IMG/VR virus record: IMGVR_UViG_3300021961_000135
Span: 1 to 53,854 of that record
DNA length: 53,854 nucleotides
Reading direction: 5' to 3' (one strand)
Source: a virus
Taxonomy: Duplodnaviria; Caudoviricetes
The translations under genes were made by a program, and so were the position numbers. Below are positions 44,030 through 53,719 of the stretch, piece by piece. The notes beneath the pieces were generated by a model. That model had not been told where the DNA came from and made no database searches. It saw only the letters and a program-made list of their open reading frames with translations. Position 1 is the stretch's first letter; every line of letters begins with the position of its first letter.

Positions 44030-45560
44030 GAAGTTCACAACGCTCAGCAAACTGGAGCTCGAGGCCATGGCCAAGGCGCTTCCGCACATGACACTGCAGG
44101 AAAAGATGGAGCTCTTCCAAGATTTGGAGATGCGAGAAGCCCGCGCCAGTTTGCAAGCGGCCAAAACAAACATGCTGGGGTTTGCTCAAAGCGTCTATCC
44201 GGGCTTTAAGATTGGGCCGCACCACAGGAAACTGGCCAAAATATTCACAGATGTGGTCGAGGGTAAGAAAAAGCGCGTGATTATCAACATTGCGCCGCGT
44301 ATGGGTAAGTCTGAGTTCTCCTCATACCTGTTCCCTGCATACTTTTTGGGCAAGTACCCAAATAAGAAGATCATCATGGGCACCCACACCGCTGGTCTGT
44401 CTGAGGACTTTGGCCGTAGGGTGCGTAATCTGATTGAGTCGGAGGAGTACCGTGAAGTTTTTCCTCAAACAATGGTGGCTGACGACCAAAAAGCTGCCGG
44501 TAAATGGTCTACATCAGCTGGCGGTCAGTATTATGCTGCTGGTGTGGGTGGTGCACTGGCCGGTCGTGGTGCTGATCTGTTCGTTATTGATGACCCACAC
44601 TCTGAACAAGATGTAAAAGCCAACAGCCGCCTTGCGTTTGACACTGCGTGGTCTTGGTTCCAGACTGGCCCTTTGCAGCGCTTGATGCCGGGGGGTGCGA
44701 TCATTGTGATTATGACCAGATGGTCGTTGTTAGACCTCACTGGGCGCTTGATTGACTACCAAGCACGCAACCCAGAAGCCATTCCATGGGAAATCGTGGA
44801 GCTTCCGGCCATATTGCACGAAGACACCGAGGACGAGAAGTCGTTGTGGCCAGAGCAATGGCCACTGACTGCGCTTAAAGCTACAAAAGCGTCCATTGAG
44901 CCTAGGTATTGGAACGCGCAGTACATGCAGCAGCCAACTTCTGAGAATTCAGCCATCGTTGGGCGCAAGATGTGGCGGATATGGGAGCACGAAGACCCGC
45001 CGCAGTGCGACTACGTCATTCAGTCATGGGATACGGCGTTTGAGACCAAGAACAACTCAGACTATTCAGCCTGCACCACATGGGGCGTGTTCTTCAACGA
45101 AGAAGAGAAGGACGCGGCGCAGATTATTCTCTTGGATGCGTTCAAAGACCGCATGACGTTCCCCGACCTGAAGGCCACAGCGCTTAAGCACTACAAGGAG
45201 TGGGAGCCAGACGCGTTTATCGTGGAGAAGAAGGCCGCTGGTGCGCCGCTGATCCAAGAGTTGCGGGCTATGGACATCCCTGTGCAGGAAACAAACCCTA
45301 GCCGTGGCAACGACAAGATGGTACGATTAAACGCAGTGGCTGATTTGTTTGCCTCTGGCATGGTCTGGGCACCAGACACACGATGGGCACGAGAAGTGAT
45401 CGAAGAGATGGCGGCTTTCCCAGTTGGGGAGCACGATGACTTCGTGGACACGACCACACAGGCGCTGCTACGCTTTAGGCAAGGCGGCTTTATCACTTTG
45501 AACACGGATGCGAAGGATGACCCTGACCTCTTCCGCCGCAAGTCGTACGCATACTATTAG
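44013..45560 (+). CDS. terL: Terminase large subunit
   Basis: APRMGKS (Walker A), VIDDPH (Walker B), MTRW, SWDTA, HDDFVD nuclease motif. Confidence 0.95.
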   Translation: MQMKTEKFTTLSKLELEAMAKALPHMTLQEKMELFQDLEMREARASLQAAKTNMLGFAQSVYPGFKIGPHHRKLAKIFTDVVEGKKKRVIINIAPRMGKSEFSSYLFPAYFLGKYPNKKIIMGTHTAGLSEDFGRRVRNLIESEEYREVFPQTMVADDQKAAGKWSTSAGGQYYAAGVGGALAGRGADLFVIDDPHSEQDVKANSRLAFDTAWSWFQTGPLQRLMPGGAIIVIMTRWSLLDLTGRLIDYQARNPEAIPWEIVELPAILHEDTEDEKSLWPEQWPLTALKATKASIEPRYWNAQYMQQPTSENSAIVGRKMWRIWEHEDPPQCDYVIQSWDTAFETKNNSDYSACTTWGVFFNEEEKDAAQIILLDAFKDRMTFPDLKATALKHYKEWEPDAFIVEKKAAGAPLIQELRAMDIPVQETNPSRGNDKMVRLNAVADLFASGMVWAPDTRWAREVIEEMAAFPVGEHDDFVDTTTQALLRFRQGGFITLNTDAKDDPDLFRRKSYAYY

Positions 45561-45568
45561 GAACACAC

Positions 45569-48148
45569 ATGGCAACGAACATTGACAAAGCGCTGTACCA
45601 ACAGCCAAAAGGACTTGAAGAACTGGCGCAGGACGAGTCTGCCATTGAGATTGAGATCGTTGATCCTGAAGCTGTCAAGATTGGTATAGACGGCATGGAG
45701 ATTGAGATTGAGCCGGGTGAGCCCTCTGCTGAAGACTTTGACGTTAACCTTGCTGAGTACATGGACGAGAGCGCCTTGGCAACGCTGGCCAGTGACTTGG
45801 CGGGGGACATTGACCAAGACAAGAACTCCCGCAAGGATTGGGAGAAAGCATACACCGAAGGTTTGAAGCTTTTGGGTTTGCAGATGGAAGAAAGAACAGA
45901 GCCTTGGAACGGCGCGTCTGGCGTGTTTCACCCGATGATTACAGAAGCCGTTGTGCGCTTCCAGTCTGAGACCATCACCGAGACATTCCCAGCGCAAGGC
46001 CCTGTGCGTACCAAAATCCTTGGTAAAGAGACACCGCAGAAACAAGAAGCTGCTGTTCGCGTAGAAGCTGATATGAACTACCAGTTGACCGAGAAGATGG
46101 TGGAGTTCCGTCCTGAGCATGAGCGCATGTTGTGGTCACTGCCTGCTACCGGCTCTGCGTTCAAGAAGGTGTACTACGACCCCTCTTTGGGCCGTCAAGT
46201 GTCTATTTTTATTCCAGCAGAAGACATGATCTTGCCCTACGGCACATCAGACATTCAGACTTGCTACCGCGTCACGCACGTCATGCGCAAGACCAAGAAT
46301 GAGATTTTGAAACTCCAGCAAGCGGGCTTTTACTGCGAAGTTGATCTGGGTGAGCCAGACAAGGTTGTGGGTGACATTCAGAAAGCCAAGGACAAAGAAA
46401 CAGGCTTTAGTGATCTGAACGATGACCGCTTCACTTTGCTTGAGTGCCATGTGGACTTGGACATCAAAGGCTTTGAGGATGAGGAAGACGGAGAACCTAC
46501 AGGCATTGCACTGCCGTATGTGGTGACCATCATCCGCGGCACAAACGATGTTTTGGCCATTCGCCGTAACTGGGAAGAAGATGACCCACTTAAACTCAAG
46601 CGCCAGCACTTCGTGCACTACCAATATATTCCGGGTTTTGGAGCTTATGGCTTCGGGCTGTTCCATCTTATCGGGGGCTTTGCTAAATCCGCTACCAGCA
46701 TCATGCGCCAGCTCATCGATGCAGGCACGCTGTCCAACTTGCCCGGTGGTCTTAAATCCAGAGGCTTGCGCATCAAGGGAGACGACACCCCGATCGCACC
46801 GGGAGAGTTCCGTGACGTAGACATTGGCTCTGGCACGATCCGTGACAGCATCCTGCCCCTGCCGTACAAAGAGCCGTCTGCCGTGTTGGCCAGCTTGCTC
46901 GATAAGATCGTAGACGAAGGCCGCAGGTTTGCCGCAACTGCAGACATGAAAGTGTCTGACATGTCTGCGCAAGCTCCCGTGGGCACAACTCTAGCCCTCC
47001 TTGAGCGCCAGCTTAAAGTGATGACGGCGGTTCAAGCCCGTGTGCACTACGCGTTGAAGCAAGAGTTGCAACTGCTTCGTGACATCATCCGTGACTACAC
47101 AGATGACTCGTACACATACGAGCCAGAAGGCGACGACGGCCCCAAAGCCAAGAAAGCTGACTACGCACTCGTAGCAGTTATTCCTGTGTCTGATCCCAAT
47201 GCGGCCACCATGAGCCAGCGTGTGGTGCAGTACCAAGCTGTCATCCAGATGGCGCAGATGGCTCCAGACATTTACGACTTACCGCAGTTGCACCGCAACA
47301 TGCTTGAGGTGCTTGGCATCAAAAACGCAGACAAGCTTGTGCCTTTGCCAGACGATCAGAAACCCAAAGACCCCGTGGCAGAGAACATGGCTGTGCTCAA
47401 GAGCGAGCCAATCCAAGCGTTTGTGGAGCAAGACCACACAGCGCACATTGCTGTTCACACCAGCATGATGCAAGACCCAACAGTCATGCAGTTGATTGGC
47501 CAGAACCCCAAGGCTCCTCAGATTCAAGCGGCGCTGACTGCACACATCGCAGAGCACGTTGGGTTCCAGTACAAGTTGCAGTTGGAAAAACAACTTGGCA
47601 TGTCGATTCCAAAAGAAGACGAGCAGCTGCCAACAGAGATTGCCAACGCAATGGCCGGCATGATGGCGCAGGCCGCACAGCAGATGTTGCAACAGAACCA
47701 AGCACAAGCGGCACAACAGCAAGCACAACAGCAAGCGCAAGACCCGCTCATCCAGATGCAGCAAGCCGAGTTGCAACTCAAGCAACAGGAAATTCAAGCC
47801 AAGATTCAAATGGATCAACAACGCTTGCAAATGGAAACGCAGAAGATGCAGCAAGACTTCCAACTTAAACAGCAAGCCGCACAGCTTGATGCCCAGAAGA
47901 TGGTGGCTGACATCACGGCTAAGTCTGACAAGCTGGAGTTGGACACGGAGAAGATGCGCAGTGACAAAGAACTTGAAGGTATGCGCATCGGTGCGCAGAT
48001 CAACGAGAGCAAGGCCAAACAACAGTTTGACCAAGAGTTTGCAGGCGTGAAGCTAGGCTCTGAAATTTCTAAGCGTCAGAAAGAACTGGATTTGCAAGCC
48101 CGCACAACTGCTTTGCAAAGCACATCCAATAACAAGGAACCCAAATGA
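45569..48148 (+). CDS. Portal protein (P22-like, Gln-rich C-terminal barrel)
   Basis: 859 aa following terL; GSAFKKVYYD, YGFGL; long Gln-rich coiled coil. Confidence 0.88.
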   Translation: MATNIDKALYQQPKGLEELAQDESAIEIEIVDPEAVKIGIDGMEIEIEPGEPSAEDFDVNLAEYMDESALATLASDLAGDIDQDKNSRKDWEKAYTEGLKLLGLQMEERTEPWNGASGVFHPMITEAVVRFQSETITETFPAQGPVRTKILGKETPQKQEAAVRVEADMNYQLTEKMVEFRPEHERMLWSLPATGSAFKKVYYDPSLGRQVSIFIPAEDMILPYGTSDIQTCYRVTHVMRKTKNEILKLQQAGFYCEVDLGEPDKVVGDIQKAKDKETGFSDLNDDRFTLLECHVDLDIKGFEDEEDGEPTGIALPYVVTIIRGTNDVLAIRRNWEEDDPLKLKRQHFVHYQYIPGFGAYGFGLFHLIGGFAKSATSIMRQLIDAGTLSNLPGGLKSRGLRIKGDDTPIAPGEFRDVDIGSGTIRDSILPLPYKEPSAVLASLLDKIVDEGRRFAATADMKVSDMSAQAPVGTTLALLERQLKVMTAVQARVHYALKQELQLLRDIIRDYTDDSYTYEPEGDDGPKAKKADYALVAVIPVSDPNAATMSQRVVQYQAVIQMAQMAPDIYDLPQLHRNMLEVLGIKNADKLVPLPDDQKPKDPVAENMAVLKSEPIQAFVEQDHTAHIAVHTSMMQDPTVMQLIGQNPKAPQIQAALTAHIAEHVGFQYKLQLEKQLGMSIPKEDEQLPTEIANAMAGMMAQAAQQMLQQNQAQAAQQQAQQQAQDPLIQMQQAELQLKQQEIQAKIQMDQQRLQMETQKMQQDFQLKQQAAQLDAQKMVADITAKSDKLELDTEKMRSDKELEGMRIGAQINESKAKQQFDQEFAGVKLGSEISKRQKELDLQARTTALQSTSNNKEPK

Positions 48149-48339
48149 TTCAAGAATTCGCATCCGTATTGCGCGACAAAATACGCACTGACATGAACAA
48201 CTATGCAGATGACTTGGCTGCAGGATCATGTCGATCATTTGATGATTACCAAAAACTCTGCGGGATTATTTCGGGTCTAGCCCTTGCAGAGCGTTATCTC
48301 CTTGACCTGCTACAGAAAGTTGAACAATCAGATGAGTGA
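48145..48339 (+). CDS. Small conserved protein
   Basis: LAAGSC.SFDDYQKLCG.I.GL; coupled to the portal gene. Confidence 0.75.
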   Translation: MIQEFASVLRDKIRTDMNNYADDLAAGSCRSFDDYQKLCGIISGLALAERYLLDLLQKVEQSDE

Positions 48340-48766
48340 ACTCATTTTGCCACCGGGCATTGTCTTGCCTAAAAGTATCCAACCCGTTGAGATGCCAGAA
48401 GAAGACGATACCGAGGAAACCAAAGCAGGTGCACTGCCAACCCCCACAGGTTGGAAGTTGCTTTGCGTAGTGCCTGAAGTTGAAGCAAAGATTGCAGGTA
48501 CATCCCTTGATCTCGTGAGAGATACAGTCACTATGCGTCAAGAAGAACACGCCACCACGGTGCTGTTTGTATTGCGTGTAGGCCCCGATGCGTACAAAGA
48601 CACCGCCAAGTTCCCCACAGGTGCATGGTGTAAAGAAGGCGACTTTGTGTTAGTGCGTACTTACTCCGGCACAAGATTCAAAATCTTTGGCAAGGAGTTC
48701 CGTCTCATCAATGATGACCAAATTGATGCTGTTGTGCAAGACCCCCGCGGTTTAACCCGCGCTTGA
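48332..48766 (+). CDS. groES: GroES-like co-chaperonin
   Basis: PTGWKLL...VLRVGPDAY...WCKEGDFVL...YSG......FRLINDDQIDAVV. Confidence 0.8.
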   Translation: MSELILPPGIVLPKSIQPVEMPEEDDTEETKAGALPTPTGWKLLCVVPEVEAKIAGTSLDLVRDTVTMRQEEHATTVLFVLRVGPDAYKDTAKFPTGAWCKEGDFVLVRTYSGTRFKIFGKEFRLINDDQIDAVVQDPRGLTRA

Positions 48767-48776
48767 AAGGAAGAAA

Positions 48777-49721
48777 ATGGCTGAACAATACAAGTTCCCC
48801 GACGAAATTGAGGACAACCCCGCACCCGCGGAAGAGTCTGAAGCTGATGTCGAAATAGAGATCGTAGACGACACACCCGAACGTGACCGTGGCCGCAAGC
48901 CACTGGATCGTGAAGTTGCCGATCCAACCGATGACGAAATTGAGAATTACTCTGAGGGCGTTAAAAAGCGCATCAAGGAACTCACTCATGCCCGTCACGA
49001 TGAGCGCCGTATCAAAGAAGCTACGATGCGCGAAAAGCAAGAGCTTGAAAGAATGGCCCAACACCTGTTGGCCGAGAACAACAAGCTCAAGCAATACGTG
49101 AACAATGGTGAGCAGCAGTACGCTGTCACGATTCAAAGTGCAACCGAAGCAGAGCTAAACATGGCTCGTAAAAAGCTCAAGGAAGCACACGAAGCGTTTG
49201 ACACCGATGCAATCATTGCTGCTCAAGAAGAGTTGGCCGATGCAAAGATGCGTGCAACAGCCGCAAAAAATTTCAAGCCAACCCCTTTACAAATCGATTC
49301 TGATGTTGTACAAACTAGTCAACAAGTACCCGAACAAGTCCAACCGGATGACAAAACACTGCGCTGGCAGGCAAGAAACCAGTGGTTTGGATCACCCGGG
49401 TACGAGGAACTCACCAGCTTTTCACTAGGGCTGCATCAAAAACTAGTGAACTCGGGAATAGACCCCCGCTCTGACGAATATTTCGAGCGCATTGATGCTC
49501 GCATGAAAGCTACGTTCCCTGATGTTTTTGGTGGACAAAGCAGGCCGAAGTCCGGCGATGGCTCCAGAAAGCCTTCCACGGTTGTTGCCTCTGCGACTCG
49601 TTCGACAGGCGCAAAAAGAGTCCAACTAAGCCCAACGCAAGTTTCGTTGGCAAAAAAGTTTGGCTTAACCCCGCAGCAATATGCTGCTGAATTGGTAAAA
49701 ATGGAGAAATCGAATGGCTGA
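48777..49721 (+). CDS. Capsid scaffolding protein (putative)
   Basis: Acidic N-terminus, coiled coil, W..RN.WFG and C-terminal AKKFGLTPQQYA; upstream of the capsid gene. Confidence 0.7.
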   Translation: MAEQYKFPDEIEDNPAPAEESEADVEIEIVDDTPERDRGRKPLDREVADPTDDEIENYSEGVKKRIKELTHARHDERRIKEATMREKQELERMAQHLLAENNKLKQYVNNGEQQYAVTIQSATEAELNMARKKLKEAHEAFDTDAIIAAQEELADAKMRATAAKNFKPTPLQIDSDVVQTSQQVPEQVQPDDKTLRWQARNQWFGSPGYEELTSFSLGLHQKLVNSGIDPRSDEYFERIDARMKATFPDVFGGQSRPKSGDGSRKPSTVVASATRSTGAKRVQLSPTQVSLAKKFGLTPQQYAAELVKMEKSNG

Positions 49722-50163
49722 AAACCGTACAAATCGTGACTTGGTGTCACGCGAAAAATCTGCTCGTGCTGTATACGTACCGCCGACAAACTTGCCTGAT
49801 CCAACGCCTGAACCGGGCTACGTGTATCGCTGGGTAGCGACTCATGTGCTGGGACAGTCGGAAGTGACCAATGTATCACGCAGAATGCGTGAAGGTTGGG
49901 AGCCGGTGAAGGCAGCTGACCATCCGGAATTGATGATGATGGGTAATGAAAAATCTGGGAACGTGGAAATCGGTGGCCTCATGCTTTGCAAGATAGCCAG
50001 AGAAAAAGCGGAAGCCCGAGATGAGTACTATAACCAGCAAGCTCAAAACCAGATGGAGTCAGTAGACAATAGCTTCATGCGACAAAATGACTCACGCATG
50101 CCGTTGTTTGCCGAACGCAAGTCGTCTTCAACGCGTGGTGGGTTTGGTTCTGGTTCTAAATAA
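49714..50163 (+). CDS. Conserved head-module protein
   Basis: PEPGYVYRWV...MREGWEPV...IGGLMLCKI. Confidence 0.7.
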   Translation: MAENRTNRDLVSREKSARAVYVPPTNLPDPTPEPGYVYRWVATHVLGQSEVTNVSRRMREGWEPVKAADHPELMMMGNEKSGNVEIGGLMLCKIAREKAEARDEYYNQQAQNQMESVDNSFMRQNDSRMPLFAERKSSSTRGGFGSGSK

Positions 50164-50178
50164 CTTAGGAGTCCTTAA

Positions 50179-50796
50179 ATGGCATCTACCGCTTCTCCCT
50201 ACGGGCTTCGCCCCGTAAACCGCGTTGATGGCATGCCCTACGCAGGTGCAACTCAGACTTTTCTGATTGATCCTGCTGGCGAAGCCACCAACATTTTCTA
50301 CGGTCAAGTAGTCATCATTGGTTCGGACGGCTATCTAGCCATCTCTACCGCCACTGGTGCCGACATTACGACTAACAACCTTGGCGGCAACGGCGTAGGT
50401 GCAATCGGCGTTTTCGTCGGCTGCGAATATGTCAATGCACAAGGTCAAGTGATTAACTCTCAGTACTATCCTTCCGGCACAACCGGTGTAGTAACAGCCA
50501 AGGTCATCACTGACCCGTTTGTTACCTTCCAAGCACAGCTTGACGGTTCTGCCGCTCAATCTGCTTTGGGCACTAACACCTTCTTTGCCGCTGTACAGAG
50601 CACTTCAACTGGGTCGACTACCACAGGCAACTCAACCAGCGCTTTGGAATCAACCGTGGTAACCACTGCCGCGGCTTTCCGTATTGTTGGTTTTGTTGAA
50701 CTGGAAGGCTTCTCAGAAATTGGCGATGCGTATACTGATGTGTTTGTTAAATTCAATCCCAGTGCCCATTCGTACTTAAACAACGTTGGCCTGTAA
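50179..50796 (+). CDS. Capsid decoration/cement protein (putative)
   Basis: PYGLRP, IFYGQVV, GVFVGC; immediately upstream of the major capsid gene. Confidence 0.65.
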   Translation: MASTASPYGLRPVNRVDGMPYAGATQTFLIDPAGEATNIFYGQVVIIGSDGYLAISTATGADITTNNLGGNGVGAIGVFVGCEYVNAQGQVINSQYYPSGTTGVVTAKVITDPFVTFQAQLDGSAAQSALGTNTFFAAVQSTSTGSTTTGNSTSALESTVVTTAAAFRIVGFVELEGFSEIGDAYTDVFVKFNPSAHSYLNNVGL

Positions 50797-50809
50797 GGAG
50801 TAAACTACC

Positions 50810-51739
50810 ATGGCAATTTCACGCGCACAACTACTTAAAGAGTTGCTCCCCGGCCTGAACGCTTTGTTCGGCATGGAATACGCACGCTACGGCGAAGAGC
50901 ACAAAGAAATCTACGAAACAGAGAAATCTGAGCGTAGCTTCGAAGAAGAGACAAAGCTGGCTGGCTTTGGTTCTGCTCCCGTCAAGAACGAGGGTTCTTC
51001 AATTGCGTATGACAACGCACAGGAAGCCTTCACCGCACGTTACAACCACGAGACTATCGCTCTGGGCTTCAGTATCACTGAAGAAGCTGTGGAAGATAAC
51101 TTGTATGACTCCTTGTCTGCACGTTACACCAAGGCTTTGGCCCGTGCCATGTCTTACACCAAGCAAGTTAAAGCTGCTTCCGTTATCAACAACGGTTTCA
51201 GCGGCAGCTACCTTGGCGGTGACGGCGTATCCTTGTTCGGTGTGAACTCTTCTAGCGCTCGCGTTGGTCACCCACTCGTTAACGGTGGTGTGAACTTCAA
51301 CAGCCCAACTACTGGTGTTGACTTGAACGAAACCTCTTTGGAAAATGCTGTGATTCAAATCGCCGCATGGACTGATGAGCGCGGTCTGTTGATCGCCGCC
51401 AAGCCCCGTAAGATGGTGATTCCTCCAGCACTGATGTTCGTTGCCAAGCGTTTGCTTGACACTGAACTGCGTGTTTCTACTGCTGACAACGACATCAACG
51501 CGTTGAAGCAGATGGGCGCAATCCCAGAAGGTTACACCGTTAACCACTTCTTGACCGACAGCAACGGCTGGTATTTGATTACCGACGTGCCAAACGGCAT
51601 GAAGCACTTTGAGCGTATGCCTTTGGCTAACTCAATGGACGGTGATTTCGACACTGGAAACGTTCGTTACAAGGCTCGTGAGCGTTATAGCTTCGGCTGG
51701 TCTGATCCCCTCGGTATGTGGGGTTCTGCAGGCGCTTAA
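50810..51739 (+). CDS. Major capsid protein (Mu gpT-like, HK97 fold)
   Basis: MAISRAQLLKELLPGLNALFG...RYKARERYSFGWSDP; strong codon bias; followed by a terminator. Confidence 0.9.
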   Translation: MAISRAQLLKELLPGLNALFGMEYARYGEEHKEIYETEKSERSFEEETKLAGFGSAPVKNEGSSIAYDNAQEAFTARYNHETIALGFSITEEAVEDNLYDSLSARYTKALARAMSYTKQVKAASVINNGFSGSYLGGDGVSLFGVNSSSARVGHPLVNGGVNFNSPTTGVDLNETSLENAVIQIAAWTDERGLLIAAKPRKMVIPPALMFVAKRLLDTELRVSTADNDINALKQMGAIPEGYTVNHFLTDSNGWYLITDVPNGMKHFERMPLANSMDGDFDTGNVRYKARERYSFGWSDPLGMWGSAGA

Positions 51740-51775
51740 TGCGTTTGTAAAAGGGTTGGGGGTTCCTAGCCGTAG

Positions 51776-51801
51776 AAAAGCCACCTTCGGGTGGCTTTTT
51801 T
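51776..51801 (+). terminator. Intrinsic terminator (probably bidirectional)
   Basis: AAAAGCCACC-TTCG-GGTGGCTTTTTT. Confidence 0.9.
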
Positions 51802-51806
51802 ATTTG

Positions 51807-51835
51807 TTGCATCTGTTTTTTATTTGGTGTATATT
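51807..51835 (+). promoter_or_regulatory. sigma70-type promoter
   Basis: TTGCAT-N17-TATATT. Confidence 0.65.
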
Positions 51836-51842
51836 GCTTTTA

Positions 51843-51918
51843 ATCCGGGCTTATCCGGTGTTCTGACAGTCCCGGCTGACGACATGCAGACAGAGCACCC
51901 CCACTTGCATGTAAGGAA
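51843..51918 (+). ncRNA. Structured leader RNA, probably the Mu-gpT-DE motif
   Basis: Pairings CCGGG/CCCGG, GGTGTTCTG/CAGAGCACC and ACATGCAG/TTGCATGT; located downstream of a Mu-gpT-like capsid gene. Confidence 0.6.
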
Positions 51919-51923
51919 AAATC

Positions 51924-52325
51924 ATGGCAAATACCACGTTTAACGGCCCAGTTCGCTCGCAGAACGGCTTTCAATCAGTCACTGTAAACAGCACCACCGG
52001 CGCTGTCACTGTCAATTCTTCTTTTGGTACTGACGTTGTTCTAGGCGTTCAGTCTTTGTCTGGCGCTGGCGCAGTCAACATTACTAGCGCTTTCACTGCT
52101 TTGACAACCACAGGCGCGGCACAAGCTTTGACTTTGGCTAACGGCACTGCTGGCGAAATCAAGATCATTACCCACGTTGTAGATGGCGGCTCTGCTGTTT
52201 TGACCCCTACAACTAAGATTGGTTTCTCGACCATTACTTTTACTGGCGTTGGTGAGTCTGCCATGCTGATCTACACCGCTGCTGGTTGGGCTATTGTTGC
52301 TCTGAATGGCGCTGTTTCCGCTTAA
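51924..52325 (+). CDS. Virion structural protein
   Basis: MANTTFNGPVRSQNGF N-terminus; Thr/Ala/Gly-rich beta protein. Confidence 0.7.
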   Translation: MANTTFNGPVRSQNGFQSVTVNSTTGAVTVNSSFGTDVVLGVQSLSGAGAVNITSAFTALTTTGAAQALTLANGTAGEIKIITHVVDGGSAVLTPTTKIGFSTITFTGVGESAMLIYTAAGWAIVALNGAVSA

Positions 52326-52334
52326 TCAACCCAT

Positions 52335-52354
52335 GGGGCTCCGGCCCCGTTTTT
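52335..52354 (+). terminator. Intrinsic terminator
   Basis: GGGGC-TCCG-GCCCC-GTTTTT. Confidence 0.65.
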
Positions 52355-52368
52355 AAAGGAGCTTGATT

Positions 52369-52656
52369 ATGACAATGCAGTATGACGTAAAGAGTGCATA
52401 CACAGCGGCAGATGCAGCCTTGGTTGCATACCCTGTCCGTCTCAAGGGTGCGTACGTGTCTGTGGGTACGGGCGGTGCAACCCCTGTTACTTTCTATGAC
52501 AACGCATCTGCCGCTTCTGGCACAGTCTTACTTAGAGTGGGCGTAACCGCCGCTGGTGCACACACCGTTGTGATTCCGGCTGAAGGTATCCGCGCAGTAA
52601 ACGGTATTTATTGTGATACAGGCAACGCTGACGCGGTGACAATTTTTTATGGCTAA
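52369..52656 (+). CDS. Small virion protein
   Basis: MQYDVKS...IPAEGI...GIY...TIFYG; AAGGAG SD. Confidence 0.7.
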   Translation: MTMQYDVKSAYTAADAALVAYPVRLKGAYVSVGTGGATPVTFYDNASAASGTVLLRVGVTAAGAHTVVIPAEGIRAVNGIYCDTGNADAVTIFYG

Positions 52657-52903
52657 ATCTCCAGCATGGCAACGCAAAGAGGGGAAGTCCGAGAAGGGCG
52701 GCTTGAACGCCAAGGGACGGGCCTCGTACAACAAGGCAAACCCCGGCAAGCCGGGCCTGAAGGCTCCACAGCCCGAGGGCGGCAAACGCCGCGACTCTTT
52801 TTGCGCCCGCATGGAAGGCATGAAGAAGAAGCTGACCGGAGAGAAGGCCAAGAAAGACCCGAACTCCAGAATCAACAAAAGCCTTCGGGCTTGGAATTGC
52901 TGA
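52649..52903 (+). CDS. Small basic protein (SFCARM family)
   Basis: GGLNAKGRASYN...RRDSFCARM...SLRAWNC. Confidence 0.75.
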   Translation: MAKSPAWQRKEGKSEKGGLNAKGRASYNKANPGKPGLKAPQPEGGKRRDSFCARMEGMKKKLTGEKAKKDPNSRINKSLRAWNC

Positions 52904-52904
52904 T

Positions 52905-53093
52905 ATGACTGACATTACACTGACCGAACGCGAAGAAGCTATTGCTAAAGCAGCGGCAAAAATGGCCATTGAAGAAATGTCTGGCGAGTTCTACAAAATG
53001 GTTGGTAAAACCGTTGTAGAAAAAGCACTGATTTGGATTGGCCTGATTGTTGTCGGTTTTGTGTTTGGCAAGGGCTGGATCATCAAGGTTTGA
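52905..53093 (+). CDS. Small membrane protein (holin-like candidate)
   Basis: C-terminal transmembrane helix ALIWIGLIVVGFVFG. Confidence 0.6.
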   Translation: MTDITLTEREEAIAKAAAKMAIEEMSGEFYKMVGKTVVEKALIWIGLIVVGFVFGKGWIIKV

Positions 53094-53094
53094 C

Positions 53095-53439
53095 ATGCCT
53101 AGCACAAGCAAAAAACAGCACAATTTCATGGCTGCGGTGGCAAACAGTCCAGCGTTTGCTAAGAAAGTAGGAGTCCCACAATCTGTGGGTAAAGATTTTA
53201 CAACTGCGGACAAGGGCCGCAAATTTTCTAAAGGTGGAGATATCATGGCTAAAAGTTCAGGCAACGGCATCACTACTGCCAAAATGGGTTCAGTGCGTAC
53301 AGCGGCTCCTAGCCGTGACGGTATTGCTTCTAAAGGCAAGACCAAAGGCACTATGGTTTCCATGAAGGGCAGCACTCCTTTGGGCATGAAAAAAGGTGGC
53401 ATGACCAAGAAGATGGCTTACGGCGGTAAAGCCTGCTAA
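53095..53439 (+). CDS. Small basic protein
   Basis: MPSTSKKQHNFMAAVA...; RDGIASKGKTKG; xxGG motifs. Confidence 0.7.
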   Translation: MPSTSKKQHNFMAAVANSPAFAKKVGVPQSVGKDFTTADKGRKFSKGGDIMAKSSGNGITTAKMGSVRTAAPSRDGIASKGKTKGTMVSMKGSTPLGMKKGGMTKKMAYGGKAC

Positions 53440-53443
53440 AACC

Positions 53444-53719
53444 ATGATGGCCAGCCGCGGGATGGGAGCTATGGCTCCCTCTAAAATGCCTACCGGTAAG
53501 CGTAAAGCTCGCCGTGATGACACTGACTTTACCCAGTACAAAGACGGTGGTAAAGTTAATGAAGCAGGCAATTACACCAAGCCCAGTCTTCGCAAGAAGA
53601 TTGTGTCTCAGGTAAAAGCCGCGGCTACGCAGGGCACTGGCGCAGGTCAATGGTCAGCACGTAAAGCACAACTTGTTGCCAAGAAGTACAAGGCGGCAGG
53701 TGGGGGCTACCGAGATTGA
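53444..53719 (+). CDS. Small basic protein
   Basis: SRGMGA...NYTKPSLRKKI...GQWSARKAQL...GGGY. Confidence 0.75.
   Translation: MMASRGMGAMAPSKMPTGKRKARRDDTDFTQYKDGGKVNEAGNYTKPSLRKKIVSQVKAAATQGTGAGQWSARKAQLVAKKYKAAGGGYRD

Noticed and set aside
53084-53099. CAAGGTTTGACATGCC identical to 43259-43274
   Set aside because: It lacks the left TGTC half of the operator and spans a stop/start junction; probably coincidental.
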